Below are positions 1 through 10,322 of a DNA stretch of 41,700 nt, piece by piece. The stretch is from Candidatus Limnocylindrales bacterium (lineage in GTDB: Bacteria; Chloroflexota; Limnocylindria; Limnocylindrales; CSP1-4). Position numbers and translations under genes: made by a program. Where the stretch lies: assembly GCA_046704485.1 (NCBI GenBank), contig JBJKRU010000338.1, positions 1 through 41,700 on the forward strand. The letters run 5' to 3'. The notes beneath the pieces are model-generated. The model saw nothing but the letters and a program-made list of their open reading frames with translations, had not been told where the DNA came from and did no database searches. The first letter of the stretch is position 1. Each line of letters opens with the position of its first letter.

Positions 1-1062
1 GTGTACGCGATCATCCTGGCCGGCGGAGGCGGCACCCGGTTGTGGCCGCTGTCGCGACCCGAGCGGCCGAAGCCCTTTCTCGCGCTGACCGGCGACCGGA
101 CGCTCCTGCAGATGACATGGGACCGGATCGTGCCGGGCCTGCTGACGCCCGCCGACGTGTTCGTGGTCACCGCGGCAGGCTACGCCGACCTGGTCCGCGA
201 GCAGCTCTCGTCGCTGCCGGCCGGCAACCTGGTCCTGGAGCCGATCGCCCGCAACACGGCGGCCGCGATCGCCCTGGCGACGGAGGCGATCGACCGCGCC
301 GACGACGAGGCAATGGTGGTGCTGCCGGCGGATCATCTGATCCGAGACGAGGCGCGGTTCCGCGAGCTGCTCGCCGACGCGGCCCGTCTGGCGGAGGCTG
401 TCCCGGCCCCGCTCGTCACCCTCGGCATCACCCCGACCGGCCCCGAGGCCGGGTTCGGCTACATCGGCGCGGGCGCAAGGCTGCCCGGCCCGGCCCAGGC
501 TGCCATGGTGGCGCGGTTCGTGGAGAAGCCCTCGGCGTCGACTGCGCGCGACCTGTTGTGCGGACGGGACCTCGTCGCGTGGAATGCCGGCATCTTCATC
601 TGGCGGCGTGATGCGATCCGGCAGGCCCTGGTGGCAAGCGCTCCGGACATCATGGCGGCCGTTCGAGACGGCCTGGCGAATGGCCAGACGCTGCTTGAGA
701 CCGCGTACGCGAGCGTCCGCGACGCGTCGATCGACTACGCGGTGATGGAGCCGGCGGCTGCCGACGGCCGCGTGGTGGTTCTCCGGGCCGAGGTGGGGTG
801 GAGCGATCTCGGGTCGTGGAGCGCCGATCGAGTCGTGCTGGTCGAGGCCGGCTCGGGGCACGGGGCGTCTCTGGGGGTCGTGGGGCGGGGACCGCGGAGG
901 GATGTCGACAGTTCGGGCGTCCTGGTGTTCGCCGATCGGCGCCTCGTGGTGACCATCGGGCTCCAGGACATCGTCATCATCGACACGGACGACGCCCTGC
1001 TGGTGGCCGCACCCGAGCGCGCTCAGGATGTCCGGGGCCTCGCGAAGGAGCTCGAAGCGTGA
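1..1062 (+). CDS. manC: Mannose-1-phosphate guanylyltransferase-like NDP-sugar pyrophosphorylase (short form, no cupin PMI domain)
   Basis: GTG at nt 1, 353 aa. The N-terminal loop ILAGGGGTRLWPLSRPERPKPF is typical of ManC/CpsB-type GDP-mannose pyrophosphorylases. VVLPADH and GITPTGPEAGFGYI are also present. It is a clear paralogue of the interrupted gene at 27895-29019. Confidence 0.85.
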   Translation: MYAIILAGGGGTRLWPLSRPERPKPFLALTGDRTLLQMTWDRIVPGLLTPADVFVVTAAGYADLVREQLSSLPAGNLVLEPIARNTAAAIALATEAIDRADDEAMVVLPADHLIRDEARFRELLADAARLAEAVPAPLVTLGITPTGPEAGFGYIGAGARLPGPAQAAMVARFVEKPSASTARDLLCGRDLVAWNAGIFIWRRDAIRQALVASAPDIMAAVRDGLANGQTLLETAYASVRDASIDYAVMEPAAADGRVVVLRAEVGWSDLGSWSADRVVLVEAGSGHGASLGVVGRGPRRDVDSSGVLVFADRRLVVTIGLQDIVIIDTDDALLVAAPERAQDVRGLAKELEA

Positions 1063-1088
1063 TCGGGCCCCGTCGAGGATGAAGAGGC

Positions 1089-1121
1089 CCGCCGGGCACC
1101 GGAGGAGCTGGCGCCCGGCGG
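1089..1121. terminator. GC-rich hairpin between convergent manC and fucI (possible bidirectional terminator)
   Basis: CCGCCGGGC (1089-1097) pairs with GCCCGGCGG (1113-1121) around a 15-nt loop. It lies in the 71-nt gap between two convergent stop codons. There is no clear U-tract. Confidence 0.35.
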
Positions 1122-1133
1122 ACGGGAGCGACG

Positions 1134-2939
<1,806 letters not shown>

Positions 2940-2979
2940 TCGCTGCCTCTCGCTTCTGGGACGGGCCGCTCGCGGCCCC

Positions 2980-3399
2980 CTAATCCGGCTGGACCACGCC
3001 GATGGTGAGCAGGATGTTGGCGTAGATCCGCTGCTCGCCGGTGGCGATCGCCAGGGCGCAGTCGGGGCCGCGCGCCATGTCGTAGAACTCGAACCGGCCG
3101 AGGCGGGTGAGCCCGGTGCCGGGCAGCAGGCGCCGGAAGTCCCCGTAGATCGAGGGCTCGCTCCCGTCGTCGGGGCCCATGACGTGCGCCGCCTCGACCG
3201 GGATCGCGTCGGCGATGACGTCCAGCACGTCGGTGACGGTCAGCTTGCCCGGCTCGAGGTTCAGGAACACCCGGCGGGCCGACGGGTTGGAGCGCGTCGC
3301 CAGCGGGTAGTTCCCGTCGGCGATCAGGACCTGCGCGCCGTGGCCGGCCTCGCCCAGGGCGGCCAGGATCTGGGGGTGGAGCAGACGAGTCCTCAGCAT
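2980..3399 (-). CDS. fucU: L-fucose mutarotase (RbsD/FucU family)
   Basis: 139 aa. [32 protein letters not shown] and the C-terminal NILLTIGVV are typical of RbsD/FucU. An AAGGAGG SD sits just upstream of the ATG. The gene ends 40 nt upstream of fucI. Confidence 0.9.
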   Translation of the reverse strand: MLRTRLLHPQILAALGEAGHGAQVLIADGNYPLATRSNPSARRVFLNLEPGKLTVTDVLDVIADAIPVEAAHVMGPDDGSEPSIYGDFRRLLPGTGLTRLGRFEFYDMARGPDCALAIATGEQRIYANILLTIGVVQPD

Positions 3400-3494
3400 C
3401 GGGCCTCCTTCCAGTCACCGCGCCGGAAGGGGGGTCGGCGCGGAGGCCCGCTTGCGCTCGCGCGCCACCGGGCGACGGCAACTGATACGGCGAC

Positions 3495-3508
3495 TGTTAT
3501 CGATACCA
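3495..3508. promoter_or_regulatory. Type-1 LacI-like operator (TGTTATCGATACCA) upstream of fucU-fucI
   Basis: 14-bp imperfect palindrome with a central CG that fits TGnTAnCGnTAnCA. The same pattern recurs at 7436, 7451, 8783, 20633, 20654 and 29102. It overlaps the candidate -10 hexamer. Confidence 0.6.
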
Positions 3509-3532
3509 TACACCATAGCCCGACAGGTGCAA
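3505..3532 (-). promoter_or_regulatory. Candidate sigma70/SigA-type promoter of fucU-fucI
   Basis: The minus strand reads TTGCAC, a 16-nt spacer, then TATGGT. It lies about 100 nt upstream of the fucU ATG, and the operator overlaps the -10. Confidence 0.5.
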
Positions 3533-3699
3533 GCCTCGTCGCAGGGCGCCTCGTCCAGCCCCGCCGACTCGGCAGCCGACCGCTGAAAGGACGTGGACGG
3601 GAACGGTTTCGTCATCGGCCAGCTGCATCGCCGGCGGTCGTGTGCACGTGAGGTCGTCCGCCGCGTCGCACAGTGGAGCGCCACCTGCCGGGATCGGGC

Positions 3700-4659
3700 C
3701 TATGCGACGACGCCGTCCGCGGGGAGTCGGGCGAGGAGCAACCGCGCGGGCTCCATGCCTCGGGGCGTGACGCGGTATCCACCGGCCGCTGCGGGCACGA
3801 CGGCGGTCTCCAGCGAACCTATCGGGAGCTCCCATCCCGGACCGCGCAGGGCCACCGATCCAGTCGCTGCCGTGACAACGTGCGGCGTGGCACCGTCGGA
3901 ATCGAGGTCGAGCGTCGTGCCGCCCTCGAGGTCGACGACGTCAAGCGCGAAGTGCTCGCCGGCGACCAGGCGATCCCTGCCCTGGTGTCGCTCCGGGAGG
4001 CGGAGCCGCTTGGCGGCACGCCTGGCGTCGACGCAGGCGAGCGCCTGCTCCGTGTGCAGCCCGCGCCCGGCTGTCGCAGGCCGACCCCAATCATCGACGC
4101 GGTAGGTGACGTCGGACGCCTGCTGGATCTCGTAGAGGAGCGCGCCCGGTCCGACCGCATGCAGGGATCCTGCCTCGACCAGGAAGGCATCGCCGGGGGA
4201 AACGGCGTGGTGCTGAAGGAGCGGCGCCACTGCACCGCTGCGGATCGATTGCCGCAGGCCCTCGACCGTTACGCCAACCTTGACGCCCAGGAGGAGTTCG
4301 GCGCCGGGCGCAGCCTCGAGGCAGTACCAGGCCTCCTCCTTGCCCACCGCCCCGGGGCCCTCCAGCGCGACCGCCATCGCATCGTCGGGGTGGACCTGCA
4401 CTGACAGCCAGTCCGCAGGGTCCAGCAGCTTGACGAGCAGCGGGAATGCGCCCGGCCTCGGCGCGGCCGTCCCGATCAGGGAAGCCCCGAACTCGCGAAC
4501 GAGGGAGCCGAGCTGCCGGCCAGCCACCTCGCCTGACGCGGCCGTCGCCGCGGGCCCGGTGAACCAAGCCTCGCCAACCGGCACGTCGCCGACTCGGCCA
4601 AGTCGGCACCCACCCCAGACACGGGGACGCAGCTCTGGGACGAGAAGGAAGGGCTCCAC
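3700..4659 (-). CDS. manA: Class I mannose-6-phosphate isomerase (cupin)
   Basis: 319 aa, GTG start. Motifs are RPRVWGG, LLVKLLDPADWLSVQVHPDD and EAGSLHAVGPGALLYEIQQASDVTYRVDDWGR. This matches the Bacillus-type short PMI pattern (SIQVHPDD ... HAIG.G ... SD.TYR.YD). Confidence 0.85.
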   Translation of the reverse strand: MEPFLLVPELRPRVWGGCRLGRVGDVPVGEAWFTGPAATAASGEVAGRQLGSLVREFGASLIGTAAPRPGAFPLLVKLLDPADWLSVQVHPDDAMAVALEGPGAVGKEEAWYCLEAAPGAELLLGVKVGVTVEGLRQSIRSGAVAPLLQHHAVSPGDAFLVEAGSLHAVGPGALLYEIQQASDVTYRVDDWGRPATAGRGLHTEQALACVDARRAAKRLRLPERHQGRDRLVAGEHFALDVVDLEGGTTLDLDSDGATPHVVTAATGSVALRGPGWELPIGSLETAVVPAAAGGYRVTPRGMEPARLLLARLPADGVVA

Positions 4660-4671
4660 CGGGCAGTCCGT

Positions 4672-5529
4672 CTAGAACCCGCGCAGTGCCGTGCTCGATC
4701 TGGCAGGCAACCCCCGATGAGGAGTACGGCGGAGCACGACGTACTCGATGTTCCTCGCGGCGCAGAACTCGCGCTTCTCCGGCTGGTCGCCGTCCTCGTT
4801 CACGACGTAGTACCGCGGCTGGATGTCGGCGATCTCCGGTTCGGCGTCCATCCATCCACTCCCGGATGAGATCAGGCAGCGGTGGACCTGGCGGACGGCG
4901 CCGACCATGTAGCGCCGCTCGTCCTCGCCCTGGAGTGGATGCCCGGGACCTTTGAGCAGTCCCACGTTGCGATCACTTCCGACCACGACGTAGAGGTCCC
5001 CCAGTGCGGATGCGTCCATGAAGAAGCGCACGTGTCCCGAATGGAGCCAGTCGAAGCAGCCGGTGACGACGACCCGTGGGCCATCGCCGGCTCGGGGCGG
5101 ACGCACCGGGGCCCCGTCGGCCTCCCATCCCCGGTAGCCTCGGAGGTCTGCCCGGCTGATGGCCCGAAGATCCCTTCCCCGATCCATCCATGCCTTCGAG
5201 AGGACGGGGTCGTCGTCCTCGTCCCGCACCACGAGTGTCTGGAACCTCGAAGCCAATCGGGCCACGTCAGAGCGAGCTTCAAGGTCGGTCACCCCGACGG
5301 TGTTGACGCAGCGGAGCGAGGCTGCGAGGAACCGGCGCTCAGTCTCCCCGAAGGTCGGCGGTCGTCCCGTTGTGCGCTCGACGAGCGAATCGGAGGAGAC
5401 CCGGACGTGGAGCGGCCCGAAGCGGGCGGCCTCCTGCAGGAAGCGCACATCGGACGAACTGAGGTTGTCCAAGCTGGCGGCGACCACCACCGAGGACCGC
5501 GGCCGTGCGAGGGCCGCAGGTGCGATCAC
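4672..5529 (-). CDS. Tandem cytidylyltransferase-fold protein (degenerate N-terminal copy plus intact HxGH C-terminal copy); sugar-phosphate nucleotidyltransferase candidate
   Basis: I place the start at GTG 5529, which makes a GTGA overlap with the upstream stop. The ORF-track ATG 5901 adds 124 codons that overlap the upstream gene out of frame. The C-terminal half has VVVTGCFDWLHSGHVRFF, the HxGH motif of TagD/RfaE-domain-II type enzymes. The N-terminal half (VVVAASLDNLSSSDVRFL) looks like the same fold without HxGH. Confidence 0.7.
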   Translation of the reverse strand: MIAPAALARPRSSVVVAASLDNLSSSDVRFLQEAARFGPLHVRVSSDSLVERTTGRPPTFGETERRFLAASLRCVNTVGVTDLEARSDVARLASRFQTLVVRDEDDDPVLSKAWMDRGRDLRAISRADLRGYRGWEADGAPVRPPRAGDGPRVVVTGCFDWLHSGHVRFFMDASALGDLYVVVGSDRNVGLLKGPGHPLQGEDERRYMVGAVRQVHRCLISSGSGWMDAEPEIADIQPRYYVVNEDGDQPEKREFCAARNIEYVVLRRTPHRGLPARSSTALRGF

Positions 5530-6332
5530 TGCAGCCGCACCGAGATCCGAAGCGAACCCGGCACTTCGCGCTCCGCCACAACAATCAGGTAGCCGCCACC
5601 GCACCCCGAGTACATCGCCCCTGCGCTCTCGGCCTGGTAGGCGGCGAGGAGTGCGCGCAGGTCCAATGTGATGGTCGGATGGGCATGAACGTGCGGCAGG
5701 ATCTCGTCCCAGCACAGAGCTGTCTCGTTGAACGACGCGCCCAGGGCGGCGGGGTCCCGGTTGAGGATGGCGTCGTAGCAGGCCTTGCCACTCGCGCTCA
5801 GCCGGGCGATCCAAGCAGGGTCCAGACGCTTGATGCCGAGTGGCGAGTACCCGGCGGGCCGCTGCATCACGGGGACCAGATGCAGGACTTCCTCGAGCCA
5901 CCGCGCAGCCGCCGGGTCACAGCTGTTCTCGACATGTGATGGGAAGAGGCCGCCTTCGACAGTGAAGTCGTAGTCGAGGCGGCTCACGCCCGGGTACACG
6001 AGGCCGCACATGTCCTGTGACCCGGAAGGCTCTGCGGCGCCCTCGTTCTCCGCGGCGTAGAGGATCCGGACCAGCTGTGCAGGGTCGCCAGGTGGAAGAG
6101 CATCTCCCCACAGTCGCTGGGCGACGGCACGGGTGCCCGTCGCCATGCCGCACCGGTCCATGTACCGGACATTGGGCTCCAGGGAGACGACGACCATCGA
6201 GCCCGGTGGCTCGGGGTTGAACTCGGACATCCACGGCTGGTCGATCCAGCCGCCCGCCAGCTGGAGGCGGTAAGGAAGCCGACCGATGGCGCTGGAGAGC
6301 GCCATCGAAGAACCGGTGACGGACTCCAGCAT
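5526..6332 (-). CDS. GHMP-family (HddA/fucokinase-like) sugar kinase-like protein with atypical ATP loop
   Basis: 268 aa. RLQLAGGWIDQP resembles RISFAGGGTD of COG2605-type kinases. GSQDMCGLVYPG resembles the GxQDQ motif. SGCGGGYLIVV matches GHMP motif 3. The PxGSGLGSS loop is not recognisable (CGMATGTRAV sits in its place). Confidence 0.6.
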   Translation of the reverse strand: MLESVTGSSMALSSAIGRLPYRLQLAGGWIDQPWMSEFNPEPPGSMVVVSLEPNVRYMDRCGMATGTRAVAQRLWGDALPPGDPAQLVRILYAAENEGAAEPSGSQDMCGLVYPGVSRLDYDFTVEGGLFPSHVENSCDPAAARWLEEVLHLVPVMQRPAGYSPLGIKRLDPAWIARLSASGKACYDAILNRDPAALGASFNETALCWDEILPHVHAHPTITLDLRALLAAYQAESAGAMYSGCGGGYLIVVAEREVPGSLRISVRLQ

Positions 6333-6335
6333 TCC

Positions 6336-7397
6336 TCAGCCCTCGACGACGCGCTTGCCCGCCTTTCGGAGGGCGTACTGCTCCTTGATCCAGTCGTAGG
6401 TGGCGGCCATGCCGGTCCGGAGCGGCGTGTTCGGCTCCCAGCCGAGGATCTCCTCGATGAACGTGTTGTCGCTATTCCGCCCGGCGACCCCCTTCGGGGC
6501 GTCGAGCTCGTAGGTGCGGTTCAGCGTCACCCCGGCCAGGTCCTCGACGATCGAGACGAGTTCGTTGATCGAGACGAGCTCCGACGAGCCCAAGTTGATC
6601 GGGGTGGCGGTCAGCTCGGGCGTGTGCATGATCAGATCGATGCCGTGCAGACAGTCATCGATGTAGCAGAAGCTGCGCGTCTGGGTGCCGTCGCCCCAGA
6701 TGGAGATCTCGAGGTTCCCGGAGTCTTGCGCCTCGATCACCTTGCGGCACATGGCGGCCGGCGCCTTCTCGCGGCCACCGAACCAGGTGCCGTTGGGGCC
6801 GTAGATGTTGTGGAAGCGCGCAATGTGCGTCTCGAGTCCGCGTTCCGCGGTGTACTCCTGGCACACCATCTCGCTGAACAGCTTCTCCCAGCCATAGCCG
6901 CGCTCGGCCATCGCGGGGTAGGCATCAGACTCCTTGAGGGCGATGGCTTCCGGCGTCTTCTGCAGGTCCGTGTTGTAGGCGCAGGCGGACGACGAGAAGA
7001 AGTACCGCTTGACGCCGGCCCGCCAGGCAGCCTCGGTCATGTTGGTGTTGATGAGCACGCTCCGCAGGCATTCGACGCGGAAGCGCTCGATGAAGCCCAT
7101 GCCGCCCATGTCGGCCGCCAGGTTGTAGACCTCGGTTGCCCCCTTGACCGCCTCCGTCGCGTTCTCCGCGATGGAGAGGTCGGCCGAGATCGACTCGACC
7201 CCCGGCACCACCACGTACCACTCCGGGAGCGGCTTCCGGTCGATTGCGCGGATCCGCGCGTAGCCCTGGTCCGCGAAGTACTTGGCGAGCGATCCACCGA
7301 TGAAGCCGCCTGCCCCAGTGATGACGATCAGTTCGTCCTTGTGCAAGCCGCGCGCAACGCTCGTCCCGGGGATGGTGTCGTTGAACTCCGTCGGCAT
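6336..7397 (-). CDS. gme: GDP-mannose 3,5-epimerase
   Basis: I place the start at ATG 7397, with SD GAAGGAAGG upstream, rather than ORF-track 7619. It is collinear by eye with plant GME. Shared blocks include ITGAGGFIG, NLAADMGGMGFI, FFSSSACAY, LKESDAYPA, YGWEKL, RFHNIYGPNGTWFGGREKAPAAMCRK, WGDGTQTRSF, GRNSDN and LGWEP. Confidence 0.9.
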   Translation of the reverse strand: MPTEFNDTIPGTSVARGLHKDELIVITGAGGFIGGSLAKYFADQGYARIRAIDRKPLPEWYVVVPGVESISADLSIAENATEAVKGATEVYNLAADMGGMGFIERFRVECLRSVLINTNMTEAAWRAGVKRYFFSSSACAYNTDLQKTPEAIALKESDAYPAMAERGYGWEKLFSEMVCQEYTAERGLETHIARFHNIYGPNGTWFGGREKAPAAMCRKVIEAQDSGNLEISIWGDGTQTRSFCYIDDCLHGIDLIMHTPELTATPINLGSSELVSINELVSIVEDLAGVTLNRTYELDAPKGVAGRNSDNTFIEEILGWEPNTPLRTGMAATYDWIKEQYALRKAGKRVVEG

Positions 7398-7435
7398 TGC
7401 GGTCCTTCCTTCGTCTGGGCGATAGCGGCTCAGGG

Positions 7436-7464
7436 TGCTAACGCTATCACTGATAACGCTAACA
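7436..7464. promoter_or_regulatory. Two tandem type-1 operators (TGCTAACGCTATCA and TGATAACGCTAACA), 15-bp register
   Basis: Sites at 7436-7449 and 7451-7464 both fit TGnTAnCGnTAnCA. They lie between the gme start (7397) and the LacI stop (7576). The distal site overlaps the candidate -10. Confidence 0.6.
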
Positions 7465-7484
7465 CACCGCGGCCAAGCTGTCGA
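7456..7484 (-). promoter_or_regulatory. Candidate promoter of the gme operon
   Basis: The minus strand reads TCGACA, a 17-nt spacer, then TAGCGT (a TAnnnT-type -10). Confidence 0.4.
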
Positions 7485-7575
7485 GAGGCCCGGGCAGGTC
7501 GTCTCGCACCGTCGGGAGCGATGGTCCACACGCCAACGCCGAATTGCTGGGGGCGCCGCAGTTCGACCGGCCGGT

Positions 7576-8643
7576 TCAGGAGAGCTCGGCGTCCAGCTCT
7601 CCGTCCCGGTCAGACGCAAGCGCGGCGAGGAGCGGGATGCCGCTCGACTTGCGGATCACGAGCTCCGTCGGGAGCACAACGTCCTGCGCCCGATGTCGGC
7701 CAGGGTGCTGGATCCGCTCCACGAGCAGCTCCACGGCACGCCGGCCCATCTCGAACGAAGGTTGCGAGACCACCGTGAGGAACGGGAACGTGACCATGGC
7801 AGACGGGAGATCGTCGAAGCCAACCACTGCCACGTCCTCCGGGACCCGGATACCCATGTCCTCGAGAGCGTGCAGCACCCCGATGGCGATGAAGTTGTTG
7901 CCAGCGAAGATCGCGGTCGGACGATCTCGCCGCGACATGGTCGCCCGAGCCATCGCGGCCCCGCCGTCGATGGTGAACTCGCCATGGATGACGTGGACGG
8001 ACCGGTTGGGCCCCGCCTCTCGCATCGCATCGCGGAAGCCCGCTGCTCGATCGACAGCGGTGGAGACGGAGCGGGGGCCGGTCAGGACCGCGGTGCGAAC
8101 GTGGCCCAGGGACGCGATGTAACGGCCCATCTCGTAGGCTCCGTGCCGAGAGTCCGTTCGGACGACGTCAACCGAGCCTCGGCGGATGCGCCGGTCGAGC
8201 ACCACCACGGGGGTGTCCTGCTCACGGCACTTCTGGATGACGCTGTCGCCAGACCCGGCCGGAACGATCAGGATCCCGTCGATCTGGCGCTGCAGCAGCA
8301 TCGTGACGTACCGCTCCTCCTCGTTGAGGTCCTCGTTGCTGTTGCCCATGATGACCATGAGCCCAGCCTCGTTGGCCGCGGCCTCGACCCCGTGGGCGAG
8401 CATGGTGAAGAACGGGTTGGTCAGGTCGGTGACGAGCAACGCGATGAGGTTGGTCCGCTTCGACCGCAGGCTGCGGGCAAGCACGTTCGGCATGTAGCCT
8501 GTCTGGGCGATCGCCTGTTCGACGCGCTGCCGGACATCGGCGCTGACGGGCCCCGTCCCGCGCACGACCCGGGACACGGTCATCGGCGAGACGCCCGCCA
8601 ACTTGGCTACATCAACGAGTCGCGCCATCAGCCTCCGCCCCAT
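7576..8643 (-). CDS. LacI-family transcriptional repressor (LacI-1)
   Basis: N-terminal HTH ARLVDVAKLAGVSPMTVSRVVRG and YMPNVLARSLRS, followed by a periplasmic-binding-fold sugar domain. The alternative ATG at 8628 is equally possible, and neither start has a well-spaced SD. Confidence 0.9.
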   Translation of the reverse strand: MGRRLMARLVDVAKLAGVSPMTVSRVVRGTGPVSADVRQRVEQAIAQTGYMPNVLARSLRSKRTNLIALLVTDLTNPFFTMLAHGVEAAANEAGLMVIMGNSNEDLNEEERYVTMLLQRQIDGILIVPAGSGDSVIQKCREQDTPVVVLDRRIRRGSVDVVRTDSRHGAYEMGRYIASLGHVRTAVLTGPRSVSTAVDRAAGFRDAMREAGPNRSVHVIHGEFTIDGGAAMARATMSRRDRPTAIFAGNNFIAIGVLHALEDMGIRVPEDVAVVGFDDLPSAMVTFPFLTVVSQPSFEMGRRAVELLVERIQHPGRHRAQDVVLPTELVIRKSSGIPLLAALASDRDGELDAELS

Positions 8644-8763
8644 CCTCGACCGTCCGCCAGCGTCTCGACGCGACCGGACGGCACCAACGCCACGGCAGGC
8701 AGTCTACGGGTCGTGCAGCCTCGTTCCGGCGCTGCTGGGGTGCGGCGGCGACCGAGAGGCCCG

Positions 8764-8791
8764 TTGACTGGCTCGGGGCATATGATAACGT
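8764..8791 (+). promoter_or_regulatory. Candidate promoter of the corrinoid methyltransferase operon
   Basis: TTGACT (8764-8769), a 16-nt spacer, then TAACGT (8786-8791). Confidence 0.45.
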
Positions 8792-8796
8792 AAACA
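8783..8796. promoter_or_regulatory. Type-1 operator (TGATAACGTAAACA) in the LacI-1 / methyltransferase divergent region
   Basis: It has one mismatch to TGnTAnCGnTAnCA and overlaps the candidate -10. Confidence 0.5.
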
Positions 8797-8955
8797 GTAC
8801 CCGGTCGGCGTGCACTTGTTCCACATCGGCCACCGCGTCCCGATCACACGAGCCCGCAACGCACCGAACGGCCCGGGCTGGACAAACGATGTACCGATTC
8901 ACGGCAGCGGCGGGCCTCCGGCCCCCGCTGCAGATGGGGCGGAGGTGAGCGGCCG

Positions 8956-10281
8956 ATGGGAGACGCAGGCAAGGATCGCGCGATCCTGCGCGAACTCGGG
9001 GCCCGTGTCGCCGAGCTCGCGGCGCTGCCGGTCCAGGCTGAGACGATAGCCGACTGGAAGGCGCTGAACGGCCTTCGGCCGATGCGGCCAATGGTGGCGA
9101 TCGACCAGCTGCCATGGCACGAGATGGCGTCGAGCCCCGAGCTCGAGACGCAGTGCGACGATCCGTTCAACCGCGGTGTCGAGATCGACCTGCGGCGGAT
9201 CCTGTACCGCTGGAACCACTTCCGTGCTGACATGGTGGTGGAGCCTGAATTCCTGATCCCCAAGGTCCTTCGCCTCGATGGGTTCGGCGTCGAGATGCAC
9301 GAGGAGACCGAGGCTGTCGACGCCGCGAACAACATCGTCTCGCACCACTTCTTCGACCAGCTCCAGCACGAGGACGACGCCGACAAGATCCGGACACCCA
9401 ACATCTGGCTCGACGAGGCTGAAACGGCGCGGATCGAGGCCCAAGCGCACGAGATCTTCGACGGCGTGCTGCCTGTCCGCCTGCAGGGATGGGTCCCCAG
9501 CACCAACCAGTGGCCCGGCCTCGAGTCCCAGCCAGCGACTCGGGCCCTGGTCCACGACTGGCCCGACGAGCTCCTCGCTGGCGGAGCGAACTTCTGGGAC
9601 ACGATCGAGTTCTGGCGGGGCGCCGACGCGATCCTCCTCGACCTCATGGACCGGCCTGACCACCTGCACCGGATCATCGACCGTCTCGTCACCGCCTATC
9701 TCGGCATGCTGGACCAGATGGAGGCCAAGGGCCTGCTCGGGCGCTCGATGTCCCTGGTGCACTGCACCCCAGCGTGGACCGATGAGCTCCCTCACGCGGG
9801 CTTCGACCCCGAGCGGCCGCGGGCAGAGGACCTGTGGACGATGGGCATGGCGCAGGTCTTCACTTCAACCTCGCCGAAGATGTTCCGCGAGTTCGAGGTC
9901 GAGCACACCAAGCGGTGGTTCGCCCGCTTCGGCCTCGGCTACTACGGATGCTGCGACGTGCTCGACCGGCACGTTGAGCACATCCGGGTGATCCCGAACG
10001 TGCGGAAGATCTCGATGTGCCCCTGGGCGAACGTCGAGCGCGGCGCCGACGGCATGGGGCACGACTTCGTCATGTCCCGCAAGCCCAACCCCGCGCACCT
10101 CGCCATGGACAGCTGGGATCCCGGCGCGGTCGAGAAGGAGCTGCGGGCGACTGCGGAGGCCTGCCGGCGAACCGGCACCAATGTCGAGTTCATCCTCAAG
10201 GACGTGAGCACGATCCGCTACCAGCCGCACCGGCTGGAGGAGTGGGTGGACGTCGCGATGAGGGTGGCGAGGGATTACTGA
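8956..10281 (+). CDS. URO-D-superfamily (MtaA/CmuA-like) methyltransferase-family protein, long form
   Basis: 441 aa, with GGAGG about 10 nt upstream. The C-terminal ~200 aa follow the URO-D-like barrel pattern (YYGCCDVLD, ISMCPWAN, SRKPNP, ILKDVSTI). The N-terminal half is not assignable by eye. Confidence 0.6.
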   Translation: MGDAGKDRAILRELGARVAELAALPVQAETIADWKALNGLRPMRPMVAIDQLPWHEMASSPELETQCDDPFNRGVEIDLRRILYRWNHFRADMVVEPEFLIPKVLRLDGFGVEMHEETEAVDAANNIVSHHFFDQLQHEDDADKIRTPNIWLDEAETARIEAQAHEIFDGVLPVRLQGWVPSTNQWPGLESQPATRALVHDWPDELLAGGANFWDTIEFWRGADAILLDLMDRPDHLHRIIDRLVTAYLGMLDQMEAKGLLGRSMSLVHCTPAWTDELPHAGFDPERPRAEDLWTMGMAQVFTSTSPKMFREFEVEHTKRWFARFGLGYYGCCDVLDRHVEHIRVIPNVRKISMCPWANVERGADGMGHDFVMSRKPNPAHLAMDSWDPGAVEKELRATAEACRRTGTNVEFILKDVSTIRYQPHRLEEWVDVAMRVARDY

Positions 10282-10322
10282 CAGATGCCCAGGCTGAATC
10301 GCCGTCACAAGGAGCCAACCCG

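Noticed and set aside
8644-8955. Possible cobalamin riboswitch ahead of the corrinoid-protein operon
   Set aside because: I looked for a B12-box-like core and the usual multi-stem arrangement in the roughly 160-nt leader and did not recognise one. A covariance-model scan would be needed to be sure.
8844-9795. 282-aa and 298-aa minus-strand ORFs opposite the 441-aa methyltransferase-family gene
   Set aside because: They are shadow frames in high-G+C coding DNA. The plus-strand frame has the GC3 bias, an SD and family-like motifs.
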